DNA of 64,000 nucleotides from Escherichia coli (GTDB lineage Bacteria; Pseudomonadota; Gammaproteobacteria; Enterobacterales; Enterobacteriaceae): NCBI RefSeq assembly GCF_003790525.1, contig NZ_CP033633.1; one strand, 5' to 3'. Shown piece by piece: positions 47,816 to 57,712 of this stretch (position 1 is its first letter; each line of letters starts with the position of its first letter). The notes under the pieces were generated by a model. It saw only the letters and a program-made list of their open reading frames with translations, ran no database searches and was not told where the DNA came from. The position numbers and the translations under genes were made by a program.

Positions 47816-48814
47816 ATGAAGAAGGTCCTTTGCGCGTTAGGCTTGATGTTCACCGCCGTCAGTTCCGCGCTGGCAACAACCTACCCCCTGACGATTGAAA
47901 ACTGCGGCTATCAGGAGACCTTCACCCGGCCGCCGGAGCGCGTGGTCGCGCTGGGGCAAAATACGGTCGAAATTCTGCTGCTGCTCGGGCTGCAAAAGCA
48001 GGTGGTCGCCAGCGCCTTCTGGCCGACCAACGTTTTACCGCAGCTGGCTGAGCAAAACGCGAAGATTAAAACCTTGACGGTGGAAATTCCGAGCCTGGAA
48101 TCGGTGCTGGCGCAAAATCCTGATTTCGTTCCCGCCCAGTTGCCGCTGCTGCTGGGGCCGGAAAGCAAAGTCGCCAGGCGTGAAGATCTCGCCACCGTCG
48201 GCGTGAACAGCTACGTCTCACCGGGGGTGTGCGCCACCAAAAAGGCCACCGGCGATATGTACGGCAGCCGGCAAAAGCTGTGGGATATGACCTGGCTGTA
48301 TCAGGAAATTAGCGATTTTTCCCGCATTTTCAACGTCGAAGATCGTGGTCAGGCGCTGATTGCCGATTTCAAAAAACGTGAAGCCGACCTGCGCCAGGAG
48401 TTTGGTAAAAGCAAAAAGGATCTCTCCTTCGTCTTCTGGTTCTCCAGCGCCTCACCTTCGGCCGATGCCTATGTCGGCGGCAAAAACAGCGCCTCCGGAT
48501 TTATCGCCAGCGTGCTGGGCGGACATAATGCGATTACCTCCGAAACCGAGTGGCCCACGGTGAGCTGGGAGAGCATTATTGCCGCCAACCCGGATGTGAT
48601 CGTGGTCGCCAGCCTGGATCGTAACCGCTGGGCGCTGGATAAAGCCGAGGAGAAGATCAAATTCCTCAAAAGCGATCCCGCCGTCAGCCAGCTGGAGGCG
48701 GTGAAAAAAGGCCATATCGTGGTCATGGACGGTCAGGCGATGAATCCGACCATTCGCACGCTTTACGGCGCGGAGCAGGTGGGCGAGCAGCTGAGAAAAA
48801 TGGGGCTGAACTGA
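47816..48814 (+). CDS. ABC transporter periplasmic substrate-binding protein (iron-siderophore/cobalamin-type)
   Basis: 332 aa; signal peptide; GC-rich; followed by FecCD-type permease and ATPase. Confidence 0.7.
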   Translation: MKKVLCALGLMFTAVSSALATTYPLTIENCGYQETFTRPPERVVALGQNTVEILLLLGLQKQVVASAFWPTNVLPQLAEQNAKIKTLTVEIPSLESVLAQNPDFVPAQLPLLLGPESKVARREDLATVGVNSYVSPGVCATKKATGDMYGSRQKLWDMTWLYQEISDFSRIFNVEDRGQALIADFKKREADLRQEFGKSKKDLSFVFWFSSASPSADAYVGGKNSASGFIASVLGGHNAITSETEWPTVSWESIIAANPDVIVVASLDRNRWALDKAEEKIKFLKSDPAVSQLEAVKKGHIVVMDGQAMNPTIRTLYGAEQVGEQLRKMGLN

Positions 48815-49851
48815 TGAGCGTCGGCGCGATTGAGACGTGCCGCAGCATACTGCTCACCGGCTGGTGTGTACTGGCAGCGATCGTGCTGGCGCTGGTGATC
48901 GCTGTGGGCGTCAGCGTTGGCGAGCTGGCCATCCCGCTGCAGAATGTCTTTTATGCTATCAGCAACAGAACCGGCTTAACCGCTGAGCCGCTCAACCATA
49001 TCTATGAGAGCGTTATCTGGGATTTCCGCCTCAGCCGCGCGCTGGTCGCCGCCTGCTGCGGCGCCGGCCTCGCTATCTGCGGTGTCGTGCTGCAAAGCTT
49101 GCTGAAGAATGCCCTCGCCGAACCCTACGTCCTCGGCGTCTCCGCCGGGGCCTCCACCGGCGCGGTGTCGATCGTGGTGCTGGGCCTTGGCTCTGGCGCA
49201 ATTTCCCTCTCGGCAGGCGCCTTTGCCGGGGCCTTCGCCGCCTTCGCCTTTGTCGCCTTGCTGACTAACGGCGCGCGCGGCGGCAATGAGCGTACGATTC
49301 TTGCGGGCGTCGCCGCCTCGCAGTTATTTAACGCCATCACGGCCTATACCATCAGCACCACCGCCAGCGCGCAGCAGGCGCGCGATGTGATGTTCTGGCT
49401 GCTGGGCAGCTTCAGCGGCGTCCGCTGGCCCGAATTCCAGTTGGTCATCGTGGTGGTGCTCGCGGGTCTGGCGGTCTGCCTGTGGTATGCCCGGGCGCTG
49501 GACGCGTTCACCTTCGGCGACGATGCCGCCGCCTCGCTGGGGATTGCTGTGCCGCGCGTGCGCCTGATCCTCTTCACCACTGCGGCGCTGATCACCGCCA
49601 CCATCGTCAGCATGGCCGGCTCAATCGGCTTTGTTGGCCTGGTGGTGCCGCACGTGATGCGTTTCTTCTTTGGCCCGCTGCACCGAACGTTGCTGATCGC
49701 CAGCGCGCTGGCAGGGGCGATATTGATGGTACTGGCGGACATTGCGTCGCGCCTGCTGATTGCCCCGCAAAGTCTGCCCGTTGGGGTAGTAACCGCCCTG
49801 GTTGGGGTGCCTTTCTTTGCCGTGATTATCTACCGCTCAAGGAATAAGTGA
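48814..49851 (+). CDS. ABC transporter permease (FecCD family)
   Basis: 345 aa polytopic; start overlaps the upstream stop. Confidence 0.75.
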   Translation: MSVGAIETCRSILLTGWCVLAAIVLALVIAVGVSVGELAIPLQNVFYAISNRTGLTAEPLNHIYESVIWDFRLSRALVAACCGAGLAICGVVLQSLLKNALAEPYVLGVSAGASTGAVSIVVLGLGSGAISLSAGAFAGAFAAFAFVALLTNGARGGNERTILAGVAASQLFNAITAYTISTTASAQQARDVMFWLLGSFSGVRWPEFQLVIVVVLAGLAVCLWYARALDAFTFGDDAAASLGIAVPRVRLILFTTAALITATIVSMAGSIGFVGLVVPHVMRFFFGPLHRTLLIASALAGAILMVLADIASRLLIAPQSLPVGVVTALVGVPFFAVIIYRSRNK

Positions 49852-50612
49852 TGAGTATTTGCGCTGAAAATATCACCTGGAAGGCAGGCAAAAAGGTCAT
49901 CGTCAATAATGTCTCGCTGCGGGTGCCGCGCGGAGAAACGGTCGGACTGCTGGGGCCCAACGGCTGCGGCAAATCCTCGCTGCTGCGCGTTCTGGCGGGC
50001 CTGCGCCGCCCGGATGCAGGTCGCGTCACCCTCGACGGCCAGGATATCGCCCGGATGGCGAAAAAGCAGCTCGCCCGCCGCGTGGCTTGCGTCGAGCAAC
50101 ACGGCATGACCGAGGCCAATATGCGGGTGCGCGACGTCGTGCGCCTGGGACGCATTCCCCACCACTCTCCGTTCTCAAACTGGAGCGCTCAGGATGACGA
50201 AGCGATTGCCGCCGCGCTGCAGCGGGTAGCGATGCTGGAGAAAAGCGAACAGGGATGGTTAAGCCTCTCCGGCGGCGAGCGGCAGCGGGTGCATATCGCC
50301 CGCGCGCTGGCGCAGAGCCCGAGCGAAATCCTGCTGGATGAGCCGACCAACCATCTGGATATACACCATCAGATGCAGTTAATGCAGTTGATCAGCGAGC
50401 TGCCGGTAACCAGCATTGTGGCCATTCACGATCTTAACCATGCCGCGATGTTCTGCGATTCGCTGATCGTGATGCAGCAGGGGCAGATCCTCGCCAGCGG
50501 GACGCCGGAGGAGATTTTGTCCGAAGCGCTGCTGTGGGACGTTTTCCGGGTGAAAACCAAAATCGAGATCTCCCCTTACCACGGCAAAAAGCACATTCAT
50601 TTCATCGTTTAG
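49848..50612 (+). CDS. ABC transporter ATP-binding protein
   Basis: 254 aa; Walker A GLLGPNGCGKSSLLR, signature LSGGERQR, Walker B ILLDEPT. Confidence 0.85.
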   Translation: MMSICAENITWKAGKKVIVNNVSLRVPRGETVGLLGPNGCGKSSLLRVLAGLRRPDAGRVTLDGQDIARMAKKQLARRVACVEQHGMTEANMRVRDVVRLGRIPHHSPFSNWSAQDDEAIAAALQRVAMLEKSEQGWLSLSGGERQRVHIARALAQSPSEILLDEPTNHLDIHHQMQLMQLISELPVTSIVAIHDLNHAAMFCDSLIVMQQGQILASGTPEEILSEALLWDVFRVKTKIEISPYHGKKHIHFIV

Positions 50613-50623
50613 GTTGGGCGGAT

Positions 50624-51856
50624 ATGCCTCTTTTCTCCCTGCGCCCTGCGGCAACCCTCTGGCCTCCGGTGTTACTGGGAAGCCAGTTCGTTTTTAATAT
50701 TGGCTTTTACGCGGTCGTACCTTTCCTCGCCCTCTTCCTGCGCGACGACATGCTGCTCTCAGGCGGACTTATCGGCCTGATCCTCGGGCTGCGTACCTTC
50801 TCCCAACAGGGGATGTTTATCCTCGGCGGGACGCTGGCCGACCGCTATGGCGCTAAGGCGATCATTCTCGCCGGCTGCGTCGTTCGCGTCGCCGGTTTTC
50901 TCCTGCTGGCGTGCGGGGCGTCGCTGTGGCCCATTATCCTTGGCGCCTGCCTGACCGGCGTCGGCGGCGCCCTGTTCTCCCCGTCGATAGAGGCCCTGCT
51001 GGCGCGGGCCGGTACCCACAGCCAGGCCAACGGGAAACGCAGCCGCGCCGAGTGGTTTGCGCTGTTTGCGGTATGCGGTGAACTGGGAGCGGTGATCGGC
51101 CCGGTGGCCGGAGGCGTGCTGAGCGGGATCGGCTTTCGACATATCGCCCTCGCCGGCGCGGGAATATTTCTTCTGGCGCTGGCGGTGCTCTTTTTCGGTC
51201 TGCCCGCCGACGGGCACACGACAACAACGCGCAGACGAGTCCCATGGTGGACGCCTTTGCGCCAGCCGCGCTTTGTCGCGTTTATTCTCGCCTACAGCTC
51301 ATGGCTGTTGAGCTACAACCAACTCTACCTCGCTCTGCCGGTGGAGATCCAACGTTCCGGCGGCCGCGAGCAGGATCTGGCGCCGCTCTTTATGCTGGCC
51401 TCGCTGTTGATTATCACCCTCCAGCTCCCTCTCGCCCGCTTCGCCCGGCGAATGGGCGCCGTGCGCATCCTGCCGGTGGGCTTTCTGCTGCTGTCGGCTT
51501 CCTTTGCCAGCGTGGCGTTATTCGCCGCCGCCCCACCCGCCGAAAGTTGGCTGCGGTTAATGCCGGCGGCTAGTTTTGTCACGCTGCTCACCCTCGGCCA
51601 GATGCTGTTAGTGCCCGCAGCCAAGGATCTGATCCCGCTGTTCGCCGAGGAGTCGACGCTGGGCGCCCACTACGGAGCGCTCGCCACCGCAGGAGGGTGC
51701 GCGGTGTTAGCCGGGAATTTACTGCTCGGTCATTTACTTGACCAGGCGCTCATTCCGTCGCCGCAGGCGGTTTATCCCTGGCTTCTGCTGGCGCTGTTTC
51801 CGCTGTGCAGCGCCGTCGCCCTGCGGGCGATCTGTCGCCCGCTGGCGGCAACATGA
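50624..51856 (+). CDS. MFS transporter
   Basis: ~410 aa from ATG at 50624 (MPLFSLRPAATLW...); 12 predicted TM segments; ORF track gives an upstream alternative start at 50534. Confidence 0.7.
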   Translation: MPLFSLRPAATLWPPVLLGSQFVFNIGFYAVVPFLALFLRDDMLLSGGLIGLILGLRTFSQQGMFILGGTLADRYGAKAIILAGCVVRVAGFLLLACGASLWPIILGACLTGVGGALFSPSIEALLARAGTHSQANGKRSRAEWFALFAVCGELGAVIGPVAGGVLSGIGFRHIALAGAGIFLLALAVLFFGLPADGHTTTTRRRVPWWTPLRQPRFVAFILAYSSWLLSYNQLYLALPVEIQRSGGREQDLAPLFMLASLLIITLQLPLARFARRMGAVRILPVGFLLLSASFASVALFAAAPPAESWLRLMPAASFVTLLTLGQMLLVPAAKDLIPLFAEESTLGAHYGALATAGGCAVLAGNLLLGHLLDQALIPSPQAVYPWLLLALFPLCSAVALRAICRPLAAT

Positions 51857-51933
51857 CGCAGAGCGGGTAACAGCCCGCTCTGGAAGTGAACAGCTGGTAT
51901 CCATATTTTCAGCTAATCCTTTAACAAAGATCC

Positions 51934-52109
51934 TCAGCCCTGTTTAAACCCCGGCTTGCCGTTTTTGGCTCGCCATTCCTTCACTTCTTTTACGATACCT
52001 TCAGGACTGTCCTCACGGTCATCCCTTGGATAATAAATAAGATCAGAACCATCAGGGTGTTCAGCTAATCGACGAAATTCATCCACTAATTTATCGTCAT
52101 CAGCCTCAG
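51934..52109 (-). pseudogene. colicin DNase-type immunity protein (Im family), N-terminally truncated by IS1
   Basis: Minus frame [57 protein letters not shown] stop parallels the Im9 C-terminal two-thirds from memory; frame runs into the IS1 end at 52110. Confidence 0.65.
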
Positions 52110-52164
52110 GGTGATGCTGCCAACTTACTGATTTAGTATATGATGGTGTTTTTGAGGTGCTCCA

Positions 52165-52440
52165 GTGGCTTCTGTTTCTATCAGCTGTCCCTCCTGTTCA
52201 GCTACTGACGGGGTGGTGCGTAACGGCAAAAGCACCGCCGGACATCAGCGCTATCTCTGCTCTCACTGCCGTAAAACATGGCAACTGCAGTTCACTTACA
52301 CCGCTTCTCAACCCGGTACGCACCAGAAAATCATTGATATGGCCATGAATGGCGTTGGATGCCGGGCAACAGCCCGCATTATGGGCGTTGGCCTCAACAC
52401 GATTTTACGTCACTTAAAAAACTCAGGCCGCAGTCGGTAA
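52165..52440 (+). CDS. insA: IS1 InsA
   Basis: 91 aa zinc-finger/HTH protein. Confidence 0.85.
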
Positions 52441-52862
52441 CCTCGCGCATACAGCCGGGCAGTGACGTCATCGTCTGTGCGGAAATGGACGAACAGTGGG
52501 GCTATGTCGGGGCTAAATCGCGCCAGCGCTGGCTGTTTTACGCGTATGACAGGCTCCGGAAGACGGTTGTTGCGCACGTATTCGGTGAACGCACGATGGC
52601 GACGCTGGGGCGTCTTATGAGCCTGCTGTCACCCTTTGACGTGGTGATATGGATGACGGATGGCTGGCCGCTGTATGAATCCCGCCTGAAGGGAAAGCTG
52701 CACGTAATCAGCAAGCGATATACGCAGCGAATTGAGCGGCATAACCTGAATCTGAGGCAGCACCTGGCACGGCTGGGACGGAAGTCGCTGTCGTTCTCAA
52801 AATCGGTGGAGCTGCATGACAAAGTCATCGGGCATTATCTGAACATAAAACACTATCAATAA
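52359..52862 (+). CDS. insB: IS1 InsB (expressed as InsAB' by frameshift)
   Basis: 167 aa; overlaps insA. Confidence 0.85.
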
Positions 52863-52877
52863 GTTGGAGTCATTACC

Positions 52878-53072
52878 CGAACTAAAGAGGGGATGGCTGT
52901 TGCCCGTTCAAAGGGAAAATTGAAAGGAAAACAGCCTAAATTATCTGAAAAACAACAAAAAGAACTATGCCGTATGCGTGATACTGGCCAGTACTCTATC
53001 AGCGATCTAGCGGAACTATTTACCGTCTCGCGTGCAACGGTTTATCGAACACTTTCACGAGGACAAAAATGA
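52878..53072 (+). pseudogene. C-terminal HTH fragment of a serine recombinase (resolvase/invertase), truncated by IS1
   Basis: Frame open from the IS1 boundary: RTKEGMAVARSKGKLKGKQPKLSEKQQKELCRMRDTGQYSISDLAELFTVSRATVYRTLSRGQK stop. Confidence 0.6.
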
Positions 53073-53331
53073 CCGATTTAACTACACAGCAACATCTAGT
53101 AAAAATTGTCCATGATTATGCCTGCCCTCAAAAGGGTCATGGACAGTCCATCAAAGGTTCAAATGGATTACATCTGCATTCAATACCCAGATTACTTCCG
53201 CTTTGCTAAATGGATAGAACGGTTGGCGTAGGGTATTGTTGATGGTGTAATTAAAGTTCCTAAAGATCATTAAAATATCAGATCGGAAATTTAGGCGGTT
53301 CCGGCGTAGAACCCAGAACCCCTTATCCGAA

Positions 53332-54195
53332 TTATTGTTCAGTTAACTTCATTTCGACAAGTAAAGGTAAATGATCTGAGACAGATGCATATGGCTTACT
53401 TTCAGGGGTCGCTCTATCTGACGGTTTAGGAATATATACATCTTTAATGTCCCATTTTTGAGCATTTGATGTAAGTATATAATCAATTTTCCTGTCTGGA
53501 TTCCATGATGGTGCCGTGTACTTCAATTCCTTATCAGTGTCATTGAACCATGCTGTTAAATCCAAGTACTCTGTTGATTGAGGTGGTAAATTAAGATCAC
53601 CCACTATAATTGGAAGTGCATTTTTAAACTGCCAAGAAGAGAATTCTGTTTGAAGAGTTCTTACTTGCTCTGCTCGTAATGGCTGCGTAGTGAAGTCCAA
53701 ATGAGTAGTTACTAACATAACAGGCGCAGGATAATTAGGGACATCAACTTCTACAGCACAGGCCGCTCTTTGCTCCGCACCTTTGATGTTAGGTAGTTCC
53801 ATCCTTTTACTCAATTTCAAATCATACTTAGACAGTACTGCTGTACCATATTCCCCACCATCATGATCTATAGCCTTGCAGAAGTAATAATTCATTCCCA
53901 ACTTATTAGCTATATACTCTGCTTGATTGACTGGGTTAGAACCCTCTTTACTAAAGTTCTTACCAGAACGCCCAGTCATGTTATCAACTTCTTGCAGTCC
54001 AATAATATCAACATTCATTTTACGAATTGCTTCTACAATGGCATCAGTACTCCCCATTCTAGAGGCCATTATGTTATATGACCCAACACGAATACTATCG
54101 GTATCTGCTGGACCATCCATGAGGCGATCAGAAGCTAAAGTTGAAGAGGAAAGAACTATAAACCCTATAACCGCAGCAATGCTTGTTAATTTCAT
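53332..54195 (-). CDS. secreted endonuclease/exonuclease/phosphatase (EEP) family protein
   Basis: 287 aa; signal peptide; EEP blocks VGSYNIM...DIIGLQEVD, TTHLD, GDLN, SDHLPL; AT-rich; between two IS1 copies. Confidence 0.65.
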   Translation of the reverse strand: MKLTSIAAVIGFIVLSSSTLASDRLMDGPADTDSIRVGSYNIMASRMGSTDAIVEAIRKMNVDIIGLQEVDNMTGRSGKNFSKEGSNPVNQAEYIANKLGMNYYFCKAIDHDGGEYGTAVLSKYDLKLSKRMELPNIKGAEQRAACAVEVDVPNYPAPVMLVTTHLDFTTQPLRAEQVRTLQTEFSSWQFKNALPIIVGDLNLPPQSTEYLDLTAWFNDTDKELKYTAPSWNPDRKIDYILTSNAQKWDIKDVYIPKPSDRATPESKPYASVSDHLPLLVEMKLTEQ

Positions 54196-54376
54196 TTTTA
54201 CACCTTGTTATTTTTGATAGTAAATTTACATATCAAAATAAATCATAAAATCGCTTTTTTTAGTGATAAAAACCTCAAAAACAAAAACAATTAGTGATCA
54301 ACATCTCATAAGTAGTACATTTATCAACCGTTCCATTAATGTTTCATTCTATCGCGAATTAGGTAATGACTCCAAC

Positions 54377-54880
54377 TTATTGATAGTGTTTTATGTTCAG
54401 ATAATGCCCGATGACTTTGTCATGCAGCTCCACCGATTTTGAGAACGACAGCGACTTCCGTCCCAGCCGTGCCAGGTGCTGCCTCAGATTCAGGTTATGC
54501 CGCTCAATTCGCTGCGTATATCGCTTGCTGATTACGTGCAGCTTTCCCTTCAGGCGGGATTCATACAGCGGCCAGCCATCCGTCATCCATATCACCACGT
54601 CAAAGGGTGACAGCAGGCTCATAAGACGCCCCAGCGTCGCCATCGTGCGTTCACCGAATACGTGCGCAACAACCGTCTTCCGGAGCCTGTCATACGCGTA
54701 AAACAGCCAGCGCTGGCGCGATTTAGCCCCGACATAGCTCCACTGTTCGTCCATTTCCGCGCAGACGATGACGTCACTGCCCGGCTGTATGCGCGAGGTT
54801 ACCGACTGCGGCCTGAGTTTTTTAAGTGACGTAAAATCGTGTTGAGGACAACGCCCATAATGCGGGCTGTTGCCCGGCAT
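54377..54880 (-). CDS. insB: IS1 InsB
   Basis: 167 aa. Confidence 0.85.
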   Translation of the reverse strand: MPGNSPHYGRCPQHDFTSLKKLRPQSVTSRIQPGSDVIVCAEMDEQWSYVGAKSRQRWLFYAYDRLRKTVVAHVFGERTMATLGRLMSLLSPFDVVIWMTDGWPLYESRLKGKLHVISKRYTQRIERHNLNLRQHLARLGRKSLSFSKSVELHDKVIGHYLNIKHYQ

Positions 54881-55074
54881 CCAACGCCATTCATGGCCAT
54901 ATCAATGATTTTCTGGTGCGTACCGGGTTGAGAAGCGGTGTAAGTGAACTGCAGTTGCCATGTTTTACGGCAGTGAGAGCAGAGATAGCGCTGATGTCCG
55001 GCGGTGCTTTTGCCGTTACGCACCACCCCGTCAGTAGCTGAACAGGAGGGACAGCTGATAGAAACAGAAGCCAC
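54799..55074 (-). CDS. insA: IS1 InsA
   Basis: 91 aa; one substitution relative to copy at 52165. Confidence 0.85.
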   Translation of the reverse strand: MASVSISCPSCSATDGVVRNGKSTAGHQRYLCSHCRKTWQLQFTYTASQPGTHQKIIDMAMNGVGCRATARIMGVVLNTILRHLKNSGRSR

Positions 55075-55304
55075 TGGAGCACCTCAAAAACACCATCATA
55101 CACTAAATCAGTAAGTTGGCAGCATCACCCAGGGGGCCAGTCTAGCAGATTATGGTGCGCAGTTATACAACAGCAGTAATGAGGAGTCTACTATTTCTCT
55201 TGTTATGCCAGATGCAATTGAATGGAACGGAAAGAATACGCCAAGACGGCAATACATGATAAAATATATTGCCGTATTTAAATATTAAAATTTATTTTTG
55301 TAGA

Positions 55305-55694
55305 TTATCTGAATTTTCGGTGACCTTCAAGTTTTATATCGTTCATTTTATCCAGAGACTCACGTAATGATTCTATATCCCCGTCCTCAACTTTCTTTTT
55401 TGCAATATTGATTTCATGTTGTAGTTTTTTTAACTCTTCCTTATAACTATCTACAGAAACTTTATCATTAACATCTATCTTTTCAGGAATAATATTCATA
55501 GAAGAATCTACAGCTTTATCCATCATTTCAAGAGCATTTAATAGTGATGATTTATCATTGGAAGATTGTAGAATACTCATACTTTTGGCAAGAGACTGCA
55601 TGTTTTTATCCAGGCCAGAAGCCAAAGATACGTTGCTGAGAGATAAAAAAATAGCTAGTACAGCACCTGAGAAAAATACCTTTTGTTTTTTCAT
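55305..55694 (-). CDS. cytochrome b562-like secreted four-helix-bundle protein
   Basis: Signal peptide MKKQKVFFSGAVLAIFLSLSNVSLA; mature start GLDKNMQSL and C-terminal HRKFR parallel CybC ADLEDNMETL and HQKYR from memory; AT-rich. Confidence 0.5.
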   Translation of the reverse strand: MKKQKVFFSGAVLAIFLSLSNVSLASGLDKNMQSLAKSMSILQSSNDKSSLLNALEMMDKAVDSSMNIIPEKIDVNDKVSVDSYKEELKKLQHEINIAKKKVEDGDIESLRESLDKMNDIKLEGHRKFR

Positions 55695-55886
55695 TAATAT
55701 ATTCCTGTTCAAAGTTGATTATAGTTATGTCAATTTAAGTTTATTATTATGATTTTTTATTTTTGTACTATGAATCTCCTGTATGCTTATATGTGCAGAA
55801 AATCTCATTTTATCAAGAAGAATATCAAATTTTCTCCGATACTTCTACATACTCCATCATTCATGCTCCTTTTATCCGTGCACCGT

Positions 55887-55908
55887 AAAACCCCGTCCTT
55901 CAGCGGGG
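55887..55908 (-). terminator. rho-independent terminator-like hairpin on minus strand
   Basis: Minus-strand CCCCGCTGAAGGACGGGG followed by TTTT; ~170 bp downstream of the 528-aa ORF. Confidence 0.4.
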
Positions 55909-56078
55909 ATATAAGGCGCTGTTTTCCACCTAACCAGGTGTCTGCTGCTATTCAATGTATTGGCGGATGACGGATGCCGCCCGTTGAAGCAGGAACCCAC
56001 GTCCTTAGGGCGTGGAGGATGTCAAATACCCGCCCTCATTGAGAGAGAAGCTACGAGATTTTCGCTAAGGGACACAGG

Positions 56079-57665
56079 TCATACGGGAGATGGCGGTTCC
56101 CAGCGTTTATCCTGCTCCGGCGGAGGCAGTGATGCGTCATCGTTGCTGTTCGCCGCGATATAATCGCGGTAGTAGCGTTCACTTCCTTCCCGGTGATGAT
56201 CCACATCCGGTCGTGTAATCCTGTAGTCTTCGTGACCGGTACGGCCTGTCACATTATGCCAGGCAACCATTTCAGCAAAGACCTGGTTAAATTGTTTGTC
56301 GTTTCCTTCTGGTTCAAAGCCCATTCTGGGATCACGCTCAAACAATACAGGTGCAATCAAATCCAGTTTATCTGCCAGCGCATTGCGGTCATGGTGATTA
56401 CGGAAAACAACCCTGTCACCATAATCCGTACAGACAAACTCTCCCGTCCGACGGTCACGGAAACGAACACTCCCGTTCTTCTGCAAACGGGCCTCGAGAT
56501 CACCGGTATTACCGTATACCGGCGTTCCGCCCGGTTCACAAAGCACGACACAGCGGTCTGTTGTTGTTGTGCGTGACTTGTCTTTACGGCGATCGCGATA
56601 ATCCCAGCCTCTCAACTGCGATACAGCAGCCCTGTCTCCCTGAGCAGCCTGAATTTCGACCCACTGACGGTAAGAGGGTGGATACCACTTCCCGTCAGCA
56701 ATAAGTTTCTGTCGCTCATCCCTGATGTCTTCTTTCAGCCTGATCAACGCCTGCATTCGCTGAACTTCTGCAATGTGATAATGCAGCTTACGTAATGCCG
56801 GATCATCGTACTGCGCACGAATGTGTGACTTCCGCAGACGGCATGCCTGATGAATTTCCCGACAACGTTCCCCATTACGCAGATCTGGTTTACGCCATTG
56901 TTCACGCCATGCCAGATAGCGGGCACGCAGGTCAGCACGGGCCTCAGCTCTGGCTTCACGTCGCTGCCGGCGCAGCATTGGGTCACGTTTACTGCTGACC
57001 CCGTACCTGTCACTGACAGCCAGCTCCGGGTTATAGCGACTTTCAGGTTGCACCCTGTCAAACAAATCTGCTGGGGCACTCACAAAAGGTCCGGCCTGTG
57101 GCTCTGCACGCCCCAGAGTCAGATCAGGATGAATGCTGCTGGCCTTCACCGGCGTTTGCTCATGATTAAAGGCATCAACGACAACAAGCCCGTGATGTTG
57201 TTTCTGTAGCATCAGTCCCTGTTGTGCAAACAGCTCATGACAACGCTGCCAGGTAAACTCACCCTGTGTGATCATTTCTTCAATCTGAGGGCTACAATGG
57301 CTGATGCTGTATCCCCACAGACTTTCTTTATCAGAAAACAGTTCGCGTTTGATATCCCCCTGCGGCCCCGTGCCTGTACGCATACGGTGCCATTCTTTAT
57401 CGGTCGCAGGACAGCTCTCCATACGACGACCACGGAAGCGTTCTGTTGGCGTAACCTGGCGGAAAATATCTGTTGGTACAGGCTGCCAGCCACCATCGAG
57501 TTGATTCACATTGTCGAGCGTCAGCAGTGACCATACGGTGTCAGCACGAACGGGAGTCTGGTTATGATATTTTTCGGATCCCGGTGAAAAAAGAGAGAAA
57601 CATGCAGATACCATGCATATCCATATGTTTGGCATCTGCATATGACAGGCATACGCATATCTCAC
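56079..57665 (-). CDS. large hypothetical protein (start uncertain; N-terminal ~25 codons overlap the repeat region)
   Basis: 528 aa as called; Arg/Glu/Asp-rich; no secure family; weak resemblance of HHGLVVVDAF to a primase-type motif is speculative. Confidence 0.5.
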   Translation of the reverse strand: MRYAYACHMQMPNIWICMVSACFSLFSPGSEKYHNQTPVRADTVWSLLTLDNVNQLDGGWQPVPTDIFRQVTPTERFRGRRMESCPATDKEWHRMRTGTGPQGDIKRELFSDKESLWGYSISHCSPQIEEMITQGEFTWQRCHELFAQQGLMLQKQHHGLVVVDAFNHEQTPVKASSIHPDLTLGRAEPQAGPFVSAPADLFDRVQPESRYNPELAVSDRYGVSSKRDPMLRRQRREARAEARADLRARYLAWREQWRKPDLRNGERCREIHQACRLRKSHIRAQYDDPALRKLHYHIAEVQRMQALIRLKEDIRDERQKLIADGKWYPPSYRQWVEIQAAQGDRAAVSQLRGWDYRDRRKDKSRTTTTDRCVVLCEPGGTPVYGNTGDLEARLQKNGSVRFRDRRTGEFVCTDYGDRVVFRNHHDRNALADKLDLIAPVLFERDPRMGFEPEGNDKQFNQVFAEMVAWHNVTGRTGHEDYRITRPDVDHHREGSERYYRDYIAANSNDDASLPPPEQDKRWEPPSPV

Positions 57666-57712
57666 ACATCTGCATATCTATAACATATACATATGTATCA
57701 CATCTGCATATA
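57633..57712. repeat. three direct CATCTGCATAT repeats spaced ~34 bp, plus CATATG-type palindromes (iteron- or operator-like)
   Basis: Copies at about 57633, 57667 and 57701 in the divergent intergenic region between the 528-aa ORF and vagC. Confidence 0.6.

Larger units (their letters stand above)
52110..52877 (+). mobile_element. IS1, complete 768-bp copy
   Basis: Ends GGTGATGCTGCCAACTTACTGAT ... AAGTTGGAGTCATTACC; insA/insB inside. Confidence 0.9.
54362..55129 (-). mobile_element. IS1, complete 768-bp copy (inverted relative to 52110-52877)
   Basis: insA 54799-55074 and insB 54377-54880 on minus strand; canonical ends. Confidence 0.9.

Noticed and set aside
50759-51624. Minus-strand and alternate-frame ORFs (99-152 aa) inside the MFS transporter gene
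   Set aside because: Typical spurious open frames of GC-rich DNA; Arg/Ala/Pro-rich with no start context.
56079-57665. 528-aa ORF considered as a conjugative relaxase or a classical iteron-binding Rep protein
   Set aside because: No relaxase histidine-triad motif or catalytic-tyrosine context, and no winged-helix Rep signature that I can see; left as hypothetical with speculation flagged.
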